Part shown: positions 51,276-59,248 of the stretch, one piece after another | Layout of the letters: each line of letters starts with the position of its first letter | Position numbering within the stretch: the first letter of the stretch is position 1 | DNA from: an uncultured Bacteroidales bacterium | Lineage (GTDB): Bacteria > Bacteroidota > Bacteroidia > Bacteroidales > Paludibacteraceae | Direction of reading: 5' to 3' | DNA length: 59,248 nucleotides | NCBI GenBank assembly: GCA_903929065.1 | Contig: CAIYTJ010000335.1 | Span: 1 to 59,248 of the forward strand | The notes under the pieces: generated by a model | Seen by the model: the letters and a program-made list of their open reading frames with translations, nothing else | Told to the model about the DNA's origin: nothing | The model's database searches: none | Made by a program: the position numbers and the translations under genes

Positions 51276-51279
51276 ATAA

Positions 51280-53565
51280 CTACAGCACCACAGCCTTCAT
51301 CAATTCCGTCAGTGAAACGGCAAAAGGCAATGCAGAATTGCGTGCTCCCAAATATCCCTGAAGCTGAGTTATATCCCATCTTGTGTTCTCAAACTCCTTT
51401 TCAGTTTCTGGGGTAATATCATAAACAAGATAAAACTCCTGAGTTGGATTAGGGTATAACTTTGAAATCATAGTTAGCTTCGAAAATATCCTTGGTCCTT
51501 TGCAATCAAGTTTGAATAACCTGCTTGTTGTAGTTTCACCTGTTGTATGAAGTAAAATATATTTTGCACCTGTTTCTTTGGCGCTGAGTCTCAGTGAACC
51601 TCTTGTAGAACCTGTTCTGGCATTATATAATTTATTACTGGTTATCCATTTTAAATGTTCAGCATCTTTATAGAAACCAATCAATACAAATGTTTCGTCA
51701 GGCAATAATCCCCGGTTTTCCCCATAGGTTTCAGGCAGCAAATCATTGACTTCGTTTATTTCATTCGTTTTATAGGTTTCAAAAGCTTTCAGCGAAATCT
51801 TTTCCCGTTGAGAAGCCCTGTTCAGAAAATGCTCCGTTACCTCGCTTAAGAATTTCTTTAGCTCTCTGGAACCATCATTACTATCCGAAGGACTTATTGC
51901 AAAAGCTCCTAACCCCGGAATAATTTCATGAAACCCCTTTTTCTGATATTTCTCCGAACCCGGATAAAGAATATAAGCCCCTCCGGTTCGCCTGATAGCA
52001 TCTTTGTAGGAATGCATTTTCAGCAAATCAACCCTTTTTACATTGCCTTTTATTATTTCTTTCTTTTCGGTGCTTAACTCTTCCTGCATTTCTTCTTCCG
52101 ATAGTTTTTTATCACTCAGATCACCGAATATCGTCGAAAGATTATCAATCTTATACTTGGCATCAAAGTGAATATGCACAATCAGTTCTTCTTTTTCAGC
52201 CTGAGCCTGCGATATGCCAAATGGCCAGATTGACAAGGTATAATCCGGACGCATATCCATAGTCCAGCTGCCTCCGTGTGGATATTCCTTCTTCCCCGAA
52301 AATGCCCGGTTATAGCTGAATTCAATATGTAACTTTCTGTTTTTCGAAGAATAAATTCCCTTTAGCGGGATATATTTCCCCTGCCGGAGTTGTAATCCCA
52401 ACCCATCTTCGGTTTCCTTTATCAGGTCTTTAATTTCATCAGGTTTAATGTCAAACAACTCTTTCAAGATGTCCAGCAACTTAAAGAACAACCAGTATTC
52501 GTACAACACAGCCACATCTTTTTTATCACTGCTGTACACATCCTCACCACCATGCCACACCAGTCTGGCAGCAAGGTCAAACATCAACCACACCCGCAAA
52601 ATTTCCCGATAGCCTTCTTTGCGTTGTAACACAGGACTATTCAGCGGTAAGGTCGTTGGATTGGATATTTCCTTGAAAACAGAATGACTCAGATACTCTT
52701 CCAGTTTGCTCTCAAGCAGTGTGGCTTCAGTTTTAAGCCGGCTGTCACCTTTCAGTTTTATTCTGAAATCGCCTATAAATGAACGGAAAGAATTCAGGGC
52801 ATATTTCACAAAACGGTTCTCGGGAGTATCTACCGTTTCTGTTTTGGAGGTAATATTGATTTTGGAAGGCACCGATGGCATCCTCGTTTTCAGGGGATGA
52901 TTATCCGGTAAACTGATCCGGTTTGTTGCACTGGTAATTTGTCGCAGAGCAGAACTATCCATGCGTTTTACGGCACGAATATCTTTTATCGAATCGCAAT
53001 CTTTCCACCGGGTAACGGGCGACGAAATAATTTTATACACCGAATCATTGAATTCGGCTGAATCAATAATGGATTTTATAAAAGCAAACCGCTGATACAG
53101 GGTTTTGGCATCGGCATTAAAATCAACTTCCACCAGTTGTGAAACCGGAGAATTGTGTTGAAGCAAAAGCTCCGTACATTTATCGGTAATGTCCACAAGC
53201 ATTTGCCTGTAATCGCCCCGGTAACTGGTTTTTCTGGATTGTACTTCCAGTTTCAGATCAGTGCATTCAGCTCCCGTAGCGTCCTCTACAATCAGAGTAA
53301 GCGTTCCAACGTAAATATTAGGCGAAATCCTTCCGGTAGCGGGATTTATTTTCGATCGGCTTACTATCTCCGAAGTTTTAAGACGGTAGCCATCGGTTAT
53401 TTTATACTCATAGAAATAACCCTCCTGAATCTGAACCGGAGCTTCACCATTCTCCGCGGCGTCTGCCGGTTCAAAAATGGATGATTCATTGCCTTCACCA
53501 AAAATTGTCAGTACAATCGGTTTATTGGCAAATTCCTTAGTTATAACTTTTGAGTTTTCCGACAT
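51280..53565 (-). CDS. McrC-like DUF2357 / PD-(D/E)xK nuclease with an extra C-terminal domain
   Basis: DTPENRFVKY, LYEYWLF, RPDY...FDAKY (PD-DxK), KMHSYKDAI and YILYPG; immediately downstream of the McrB-like gene. Confidence 0.85.
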   Translation of the reverse strand: MSENSKVITKEFANKPIVLTIFGEGNESSIFEPADAAENGEAPVQIQEGYFYEYKITDGYRLKTSEIVSRSKINPATGRISPNIYVGTLTLIVEDATGAECTDLKLEVQSRKTSYRGDYRQMLVDITDKCTELLLQHNSPVSQLVEVDFNADAKTLYQRFAFIKSIIDSAEFNDSVYKIISSPVTRWKDCDSIKDIRAVKRMDSSALRQITSATNRISLPDNHPLKTRMPSVPSKINITSKTETVDTPENRFVKYALNSFRSFIGDFRIKLKGDSRLKTEATLLESKLEEYLSHSVFKEISNPTTLPLNSPVLQRKEGYREILRVWLMFDLAARLVWHGGEDVYSSDKKDVAVLYEYWLFFKLLDILKELFDIKPDEIKDLIKETEDGLGLQLRQGKYIPLKGIYSSKNRKLHIEFSYNRAFSGKKEYPHGGSWTMDMRPDYTLSIWPFGISQAQAEKEELIVHIHFDAKYKIDNLSTIFGDLSDKKLSEEEMQEELSTEKKEIIKGNVKRVDLLKMHSYKDAIRRTGGAYILYPGSEKYQKKGFHEIIPGLGAFAISPSDSNDGSRELKKFLSEVTEHFLNRASQREKISLKAFETYKTNEINEVNDLLPETYGENRGLLPDETFVLIGFYKDAEHLKWITSNKLYNARTGSTRGSLRLSAKETGAKYILLHTTGETTTSRLFKLDCKGPRIFSKLTMISKLYPNPTQEFYLVYDITPETEKEFENTRWDITQLQGYLGARNSALPFAVSLTELMKAVVL

Positions 53566-53571
53566 GGTGGA

Positions 53572-56247
53572 TTATGCTTCAGCATAACTGGTAAAACCAT
53601 TATCAATCAATCCCCTGTACATGCGCTGAATCTTTTCCAGCGAAACAGGGTAAAGCACGTTGGCAACATCAGCTTCGGTGTTGTAGGTAAGATATTCTTC
53701 CGGTTTAGCTCCTTCCACTATACATAAACCAATCAGGGTTTTTAATACAGGTTCCAGCTTCCGGCGCGAACCATGTAACTTAGGCAACAGTTTCTGCATA
53801 ATGGCTGCATCGGTGATATCTTCAGTTGTCCATTCGGGGGCTGTTTTTTCTACCACAGCCGCAAAGCGTTTTATCTCCGAAGCACTCCGGTAACCAAATT
53901 CTGCTCCTGCCTTTTTAAGCTCTGTAAAGAATTTCAACAATACATCTGTGATTTGAGCCCCCTTTTCTGATGCCAGTTCTTTGTCCAGAGCCAGTTCCAG
54001 AAAGTTTGAACCCATAGTTTTACCCTGTCCTATTAGTTCATCCATTTTCTGCGGTTTCGAATTTTTCAGGTACTCAGTCATCTCTGCTTCCGTTACGCGG
54101 AACTCAATCACATTAGCACGGTCAAGTACTTTCGGGCTGAACATATACGTGGTTTCGTCAATATTTACCGTTCCTACGATAAACAGATTCTTAGGCAAAC
54201 ATATTTTTGCAGGTACACCTTGCCAGTCTTCATCACCGGCATGCAACAGCACTTCTTCGCCCGATTCCATCGTACTCAGAAAATCGGCAAAATACCTTTC
54301 CACATGGCTCAGGTTCATTTCGTCCAAAATCAGGAAATAAGGCTTTTCCGAATGTTCGTTGGCTGCAAGTATCAAATCCAGCACACCACTATCGGGACGG
54401 ACATAAGCCTTTTCCTGCAATGCATTCGGATAACCAAGCAACGGTTCACGGTTCGTCCAGTCTGCCCCCACAGGCACTATTTTATATTGAGTTTCATTCT
54501 CACTTATCCACATAGCAAATGCCTGAGCCAGCTTGGTCTTGCCTGAACCGGATAAGCCGGTAAGGATTACAAAAGGTTTGGTGAGAAGGGAAGATGTAAA
54601 ACGGGTAATTAAATTTTCAGCAAAGAATAGATTTGAATCAATAATACTTTGTATAAAAGATTTATAGCTAAAATCAATTGACTTTGTAAGTGATTCTTGG
54701 ATTATTTCCTTTAATTGAACAGATTTATAATATTTTACAATTTCAAATAAATCATTTTCTAATATATCTTTTTGAGGTAGCTTATTAGTATTATAAGCTT
54801 TGAATACAAAAGATTTACCATATCTGAATGGAAAGCCCAAATTATTTTCAGAGAAATATTTAACTATAGATTTTGGATTAGCCAATGACCAATTAACTTC
54901 TGGTATTTTTGTTTCACTTATCCCATATGCTAGTATCAAAAGATCAATATCCTTGTAAAACAGATATACCGGGTAAATTCCATTTTGAGTAGTTTGACCA
55001 TCTCTTAAAAAAGATATCCAAGGTACATTAGCTAGACCACCTTGACCAAAACTAACTTTGACTTTTAAACCTAAATAATCGCTTAAATAATGAGAGGTTT
55101 TAAGTTCTGTTGTTTTTGCCTGTTGTAAAAACTTTATTAGTTCATTGTAATAACTCATATTATCAATAAGTTTTAAAATTTCATTGTATTCTTTTTTAGT
55201 TGCTTTTAAATTTGTTCCTCGAATTCCCTGTTTCAGCTCTTTTAAAACAGGATGTGTAAGTATATTGTCTTTAAAAATTGGTGAGTTTGCTAAATTGTAT
55301 TCAAGTTCAAGCTCAACGCCATCAACTTCCTTATCCATATCCGTTTTATCAATATAAAACTCTATTTCTTCCGGAACGTCATTTATTTTGTGAACCTCTG
55401 AATTTACTGTTGCTAATGCATATATTCCCGCTTTGTCACCAGTTATCCAAAGAATTACTTTATCTCCTGTTTTAATTTCTTTTTTAAATTGACTAACTCT
55501 CCATGTTTTCAACACACCTGCTTTTAATGCCGATTCCGTATCATAATACTTTGGATTTGCCTGAAAAACCCAGTAATTTATATCTATTGTTTTTTTGCTT
55601 TCAACCAACCAAGCTTTGTAAGAGAGTTCATAAAAAGGCAATTTAACGCTTTCTTTTACTTGGTTTAAAACATTAATATATTCAATGTAAGTATCAAATT
55701 TAATATCAAGTTTGAATTGATTTTTCAAATAACTTAGTACTGGCGAATTTATAGGTAGAAATCTATTTGGGTCAACGTAAAATAATGCCTCTGTCAATTT
55801 CGTCTTACCTATATTTCTGATTTTCAATATATCAGCAAAAGTTTCATTTGATATATTATTTGATTTTACTTGTTTAAAAAAATCCCATAATCTTTGTATC
55901 TCATTATCTTTTCTGTTAAATTTATATGGAAAAAGCCATACTTTTTGAGCATTTGAAGAAGGTACACCTGATTCACCCGTTGGTGCTTTCACATGTATTT
56001 CTTTGGCTATCTTCTGAAGAATGCTTAGTCTTTTATCGCTTCCATATTTATATATGTAACAAAAAAATGTGAAAGGATCAATTTCTTTCATTTCAACAAA
56101 TTGTCCCTCTACTTCTTGGTCCTGAAAAATTGTTGCTCCTGCCTTTTTCAACAAAGTTATTAGCTCTATTTGATTATGCTCTTTCGTCAAGAGATAATCT
56201 GAAATTTGTCTGTGAGTTTCTATCCAGGAAAAATCGGGTGTTGTCAT
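53572..56247 (-). CDS. McrB-like AAA+ GTPase with N-terminal unknown, EVE and DUF3578-like domains
   Basis: Walker A GLSGSGKT, Walker B LILDEMN, GTVNIDE (NxD), VLDRA and QKLLPKL; EVE-like YWVFQANPKYYD..W.V...IKTGDKVILW; DUF3578-like SFGQG..ANVPWISF...TQNGIYPVYLF. Confidence 0.88.
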   Translation of the reverse strand: MTTPDFSWIETHRQISDYLLTKEHNQIELITLLKKAGATIFQDQEVEGQFVEMKEIDPFTFFCYIYKYGSDKRLSILQKIAKEIHVKAPTGESGVPSSNAQKVWLFPYKFNRKDNEIQRLWDFFKQVKSNNISNETFADILKIRNIGKTKLTEALFYVDPNRFLPINSPVLSYLKNQFKLDIKFDTYIEYINVLNQVKESVKLPFYELSYKAWLVESKKTIDINYWVFQANPKYYDTESALKAGVLKTWRVSQFKKEIKTGDKVILWITGDKAGIYALATVNSEVHKINDVPEEIEFYIDKTDMDKEVDGVELELEYNLANSPIFKDNILTHPVLKELKQGIRGTNLKATKKEYNEILKLIDNMSYYNELIKFLQQAKTTELKTSHYLSDYLGLKVKVSFGQGGLANVPWISFLRDGQTTQNGIYPVYLFYKDIDLLILAYGISETKIPEVNWSLANPKSIVKYFSENNLGFPFRYGKSFVFKAYNTNKLPQKDILENDLFEIVKYYKSVQLKEIIQESLTKSIDFSYKSFIQSIIDSNLFFAENLITRFTSSLLTKPFVILTGLSGSGKTKLAQAFAMWISENETQYKIVPVGADWTNREPLLGYPNALQEKAYVRPDSGVLDLILAANEHSEKPYFLILDEMNLSHVERYFADFLSTMESGEEVLLHAGDEDWQGVPAKICLPKNLFIVGTVNIDETTYMFSPKVLDRANVIEFRVTEAEMTEYLKNSKPQKMDELIGQGKTMGSNFLELALDKELASEKGAQITDVLLKFFTELKKAGAEFGYRSASEIKRFAAVVEKTAPEWTTEDITDAAIMQKLLPKLHGSRRKLEPVLKTLIGLCIVEGAKPEEYLTYNTEADVANVLYPVSLEKIQRMYRGLIDNGFTSYAEA

Positions 56248-56273
56248 AAATATTTAGCTATAAAAGTCATTTG

Positions 56274-56281
56274 CAAATATA
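56274..56281 (-). promoter_or_regulatory. -7 promoter box for the McrBC-like operon
   Basis: TATATTTG on the minus strand, 27 bp upstream of the ATG at 56247. Confidence 0.55.
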
Positions 56282-56475
56282 TTGATTTTTTTACATATTC
56301 AAATTATATGTTACAAATAAATGCTCAGTATCTTTATTAATTTCAGTGTTTGTTAACTATAAGTCATGTGATTTAAGTAACATTGTTTCATTCTTTGTAA
56401 TTTAGTTGATAACACAAAAAACTCCCAACCGTATCAAACGAGAAGGAGCTATTTAACTATAAACCACCGACAAAT

Positions 56476-56865
56476 TCACTCCACCATAAAAATCTTCACA
56501 TCAATCTTTACCCAATTCCCTTTGCGTTTGGTAGATTCAATGCGGCAAAAGAAAGCCTTACCGGCATCCATTAGGCGTGAAATTACTTCGTTGTGTTCCA
56601 TGGGTACCCATCCCACGCGTGTGCTGTTGAAGTAAATGCCAATAGCCAGTTCATCGTGTTTATTCTGTGGCTGACGAATCATTTTCAACACTGTTTCGGG
56701 GAGTAACTCCGGTTCGAGTTTATCCATTTCAGTGCAAAAGGTAGTACCAGCCACCACAATATCCAGTAAATATATTTCGCGGCTGAAAGGTGCCAGTGCA
56801 TCCACACCGCCGCTGCCTATCATTGCCAGCAATTCAGGAGTTAATTTTACAATTTCGTTTTTCAT
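56476..56865 (-). CDS. HIRAN-domain protein
   Basis: VAGTTF, RQPQNKHDELAI and VGWVP...N.VISRLMDAG. Confidence 0.85.
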   Translation of the reverse strand: MKNEIVKLTPELLAMIGSGGVDALAPFSREIYLLDIVVAGTTFCTEMDKLEPELLPETVLKMIRQPQNKHDELAIGIYFNSTRVGWVPMEHNEVISRLMDAGKAFFCRIESTKRKGNWVKIDVKIFMVE

Positions 56866-56876
56866 TTTTTTATTTA

Positions 56877-57030
56877 ACCACTAAGGCACATAGGACACTG
56901 AGATACACTAAGAAATGTTTGAACCACAAAAGGCACAAAAGAAACACAAAACAAGATATTTATTACCACTAAGACACGTAGTACACTGAGATACACTAAG
57001 AAATGTTTGAACCAAAAGCACACAAAAGAG
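56877..57030 (+). repeat. 88-bp direct duplication built from ~9-bp CAC-periodic units
   Basis: ACCACTAAG.CAC.TAG.ACACTGAGATACACTAAGAAATGTTTGAACCA starts at 56877 and again at 56965. Confidence 0.85.
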
Positions 57031-57054
57031 TCTGAACATACAGCAAATACTTCT

Positions 57055-57301
57055 AAACGACTGACCTCGTCCGGTGAGCCAAAAAACAAGTGAAGACAAC
57101 GTAGAAATCTTTTCTGTTTGAGTCTTGCCGCAGGCAGGACGAGTTTAAAAGATTTCAGTTGTCGAGCGTAAGTTTTTGAGTGAAGCGGGATAAACACTTT
57201 TTTTTCCGCTTATCCCTCTCCAATTAGGAGAGGGTGGCCGAAGGCCGGGTGAGGTCTCTTGACTTTTTTTGTTACTTTTTTGTGTCAAGGCAAAAAAGTA
57301 A
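57055..57301. other. Highly structured intergenic composite element (nested hairpins, REP-like parts)
   Basis: GACAAC/GTTGTC, GAAATCTTTT/AAAAGATTTC, GTCTTGCC/GGCAGGAC, CCCTCTCC/GGAGAGGG, GGCCGAAGGCC and TTACTTTTTTG/CAAAAAAGTAA stems. Confidence 0.6.
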
Positions 57302-57312
57302 AAAGACATATT

Positions 57313-58119
57313 TTAACTCAGCATCGCCGGCTTCCATTCTTCCAGTAATTTTAGATATTCACTATACTTATTCTTTTCGACAGTAAGTGCGTCTATATCA
57401 GTATCCAGTTGTGCCCGCTCTGCTTCTACCCAGCCTTCATCAGCCAGCTTTTCGCGGTACGTGAATGGAAATTGCTTTTCGAGTGTGTCTATCTGGCTTT
57501 TCAATTTAGAAACCTGCTTTTCGAGCGTATCCACCTGTGCCTTCAAATCAATTGGCTCAATGTCTGCCTTCGGGGCTAAACTATCTAACGAAAGTAAAAT
57601 GGCATTCAGCGTTATCAGATCGCACAAATCATAGGCGGCCTGCGCTTTTACAAACAAATCTTTTTCCTGCTCAGTCACCGACGGATTAATATCCGGGTGT
57701 AGGCGTTTTACAATCAGGCGGTACACATCCTTCAGCTTTTTTACCTCGCCCGGAGAGATAAAACCCTCTTTCAAAAGGTCTTTGGCTATTGCAATCCGTT
57801 TGGCTTCATCGGCTATCTTTTTCTGATATTCGGAAAACTGTTTCTCCAGTTTTTTTTCAATAACCACAGTGTCGGGATATTCATTCCGGTTGAAATAGGC
57901 CTGATACAAGCTGATGCGCTGGGTCATCATCTTTATTTCCACGGTAAGGCAATATTTCTGATGTTGTTTTTGCCCGATAGCAGTCAGATACAGGGCCGTA
58001 AGCACCGGTTCTTCCTGCGTAAGTAGTTCGTTTTTCTGCGCAAACAATTCCGTAAATTCCTTTTTCAGCAGATCATACTGCATGTGCAGCATTTTATATT
58101 CGGGGGTCAGATCTAACAT
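57313..58119 (-). CDS. Coiled-coil protein with an internal J-domain-like HPD motif
   Basis: LKDVYRLIVKRLHPDIN...LFVKAQAAY flanked by long helical segments; -7 box on the minus strand at 58184-58191. Confidence 0.78.
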   Translation of the reverse strand: MLDLTPEYKMLHMQYDLLKKEFTELFAQKNELLTQEEPVLTALYLTAIGQKQHQKYCLTVEIKMMTQRISLYQAYFNRNEYPDTVVIEKKLEKQFSEYQKKIADEAKRIAIAKDLLKEGFISPGEVKKLKDVYRLIVKRLHPDINPSVTEQEKDLFVKAQAAYDLCDLITLNAILLSLDSLAPKADIEPIDLKAQVDTLEKQVSKLKSQIDTLEKQFPFTYREKLADEGWVEAERAQLDTDIDALTVEKNKYSEYLKLLEEWKPAMLS

Positions 58120-58319
58120 AACAGGTTTTTATTGTATGGTAATCAGCAATCACCTGTTAATTAACAGGATGCTTTAATAACTTCAAAATTACACAATAAC
58201 TTTTAAATTGAAGGTATACTGCTTAACCTTTTTTCTTCCTGTCTCTGGGTTTCTAGACAAACTGTCACTTATTGCATGATTTACAAATTTATCTCCGCAA
58301 TCCATGCATTGATTAAAAC

Positions 58320-58348
58320 TGTCTCAAAAGTCCCAATCGTCCCCCAAA
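58320..58348 (+). repeat. Solo copy of the 82-bp array core
   Basis: TGTCTCAAAAGTCCCAATCGTCCCCCAAA matches 51013-51041 at 26 of 29 positions, in the same orientation. Confidence 0.7.
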
Positions 58349-58516
58349 ACTGACAGCTTCCTCAAAATCTGTCAGTTTTTCAGAATTTGTTACTGAACAT
58401 TATTTACTATTCGTTAATATCACCTGCTATTTTGACACTTGATGACATTATTTTGTGTTTTGGCACAAAGTTTGTAGTTTAAACAAACAATAATTCACTG
58501 ACAATTTTTCAATAAA

Positions 58517-58897
58517 ATGGGAGAAGCTAAGGCAAAAAAAATGAACGCTCTATCAAAAACAACCGTCATTGTAGAAAATGATGGCTTAGGGTTTTTTGCC
58601 CCTTTCATTGATGCTAGGAAGCATTTAAAACAAAATTACAGTGAAGTCGAATGCAGCTATATTTTTGATGAAAGGGTTGTTGTATATGTCGATTACAAAG
58701 TTATTGAACTAAAAAACAGACTCATAGCACTTCTTTACCAAATGAAGCAGCTGGGGAAAAAGCAAAAAACAGTTTTAAATCAGTTTGAACAAAACCTGCA
58801 TTCTTTCTTTTCAATTTTATACGGCATGTGCTCAAGCCGGCTATCCTTTATTTTCAATGCCTTTACCGGCGCATCCCTCGCACGAATTCTTTCCTGA
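58517..58897 (+). CDS. Hypothetical protein
   Basis: 126-aa ATG ORF preceded by an A-rich leader, with no competing ORF; no motif recognised. Confidence 0.45.
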   Translation: MGEAKAKKMNALSKTTVIVENDGLGFFAPFIDARKHLKQNYSEVECSYIFDERVVVYVDYKVIELKNRLIALLYQMKQLGKKQKTVLNQFEQNLHSFFSILYGMCSSRLSFIFNAFTGASLARILS

Positions 58898-58992
58898 CAT
58901 TATTTTCATTACAAAATCCGATTAGAATAGTAGCATACCTATGCCCTGTTCTATCAACGATTGTGTAGTCTAACTCTTGGGTTCCTTGTGGT

Positions 58993-59032
58993 CAGCTCCA
59001 TATCAACTCCAATACAACTCCACATCAACTCC
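58993..59032 (+). repeat. 11-bp-period CAACTCC repeat (4 copies)
   Basis: CAGCTCC at 58993 and CAACTCC at 59004, 59015 and 59026. Confidence 0.75.
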
Positions 59033-59115
59033 GATGCAGATTTATTCATCTGCTGTTCGAAAGATAAACCAAAATGATAAAAATTAATTAGTATAAACGC
59101 CTAAATATAAATAAT

Positions 59116-59248
59116 ATGGCAAGTTATGAAGAAAGCATCTTTGGTGCTATTTCCGGACGTCACGGCACAGCCGTCGCCTCCAAAACCGCTGATGGTAAAA
59201 AACTCATCCGCATGTACAGAGTTCCCTCGAACCCAAATACTCCCGCTC
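59116..59248 (+). CDS. 5' part of a DUF6266-like protein (runs off the window; absent from the ORF track)
   Basis: Open frame MASYEESIFGAISGRHGTAVASKTADGKKLIRMYRVPSNPNTPA resembles the G.I.G..SG+.G.VV...R.....NP.T.AQ N-terminus of this Bacteroidota family. Confidence 0.6.
   Translation, partial: MASYEESIFGAISGRHGTAVASKTADGKKLIRMYRVPSNPNTPA

Noticed and set aside
50904-51416. ORFs 50904-51257, 50933-51193, 51005-51361 and 51168-51416
   Set aside because: They are translations of the tandem array. The period is not a multiple of 3, so the same peptides cycle through frames.
56874-57197. ORFs 56874-57197, 56908-57099 and 56790-56972
   Set aside because: They run through the 88-bp duplication and the hairpin element, giving low-complexity repeat-derived peptides.

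Overview
AT-rich chromosomal window from a Bacteroidota anaerobe. This is inferred from recurrent TAnnTTTG -7 promoter boxes, T9SS C-terminal sorting domains and gene content; it is Paludibacter-like, but the taxon is not provable from the sequence. Housekeeping genes include uvrA, copZ-copA, a ThrE pair, alpha-2-macroglobulin/pbpC, trpS, Lrp, four FKBP paralogues, asd, a GH28 enzyme and iorAB. Three accessory regions stand out. (1) 15.3-30.7 kb is a 12-gene co-oriented locus with isoaspartyl dipeptidase, DcuC and DctA transporters, an M14 peptidase, two porins, two SGNH-like proteins and four paralogues of an uncharacterised ~210-aa secreted domain. It sits opposite a divergent MocR regulator whose PLP lysine is replaced by Arg, and is a candidate undescribed beta-aspartyl-peptide/polymer utilisation system. 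(2) A ~2.8-kb AT-rich islet carrying an LTA-synthase/sulfatase gene lies between trpS and a decayed second copy of the trpS 3' end. (3) 50.2-58.4 kb is a defence-like island: J-domain, HIRAN, an EVE+DUF3578 McrB-like GTPase, a DUF2357 McrC-like nuclease, an 82-bp non-coding tandem array and an Avd-like four-helix-bundle gene. A 29-bp core of the array recurs at the far edge of the island. Several REP/REPIN-like palindrome families and 7-, 9- and 11-bp periodic repeats occupy intergenic spaces. No tRNA, rRNA, CRISPR array, integrase or transposase was recognised. All family assignments are from motif recognition by eye, not database searches.
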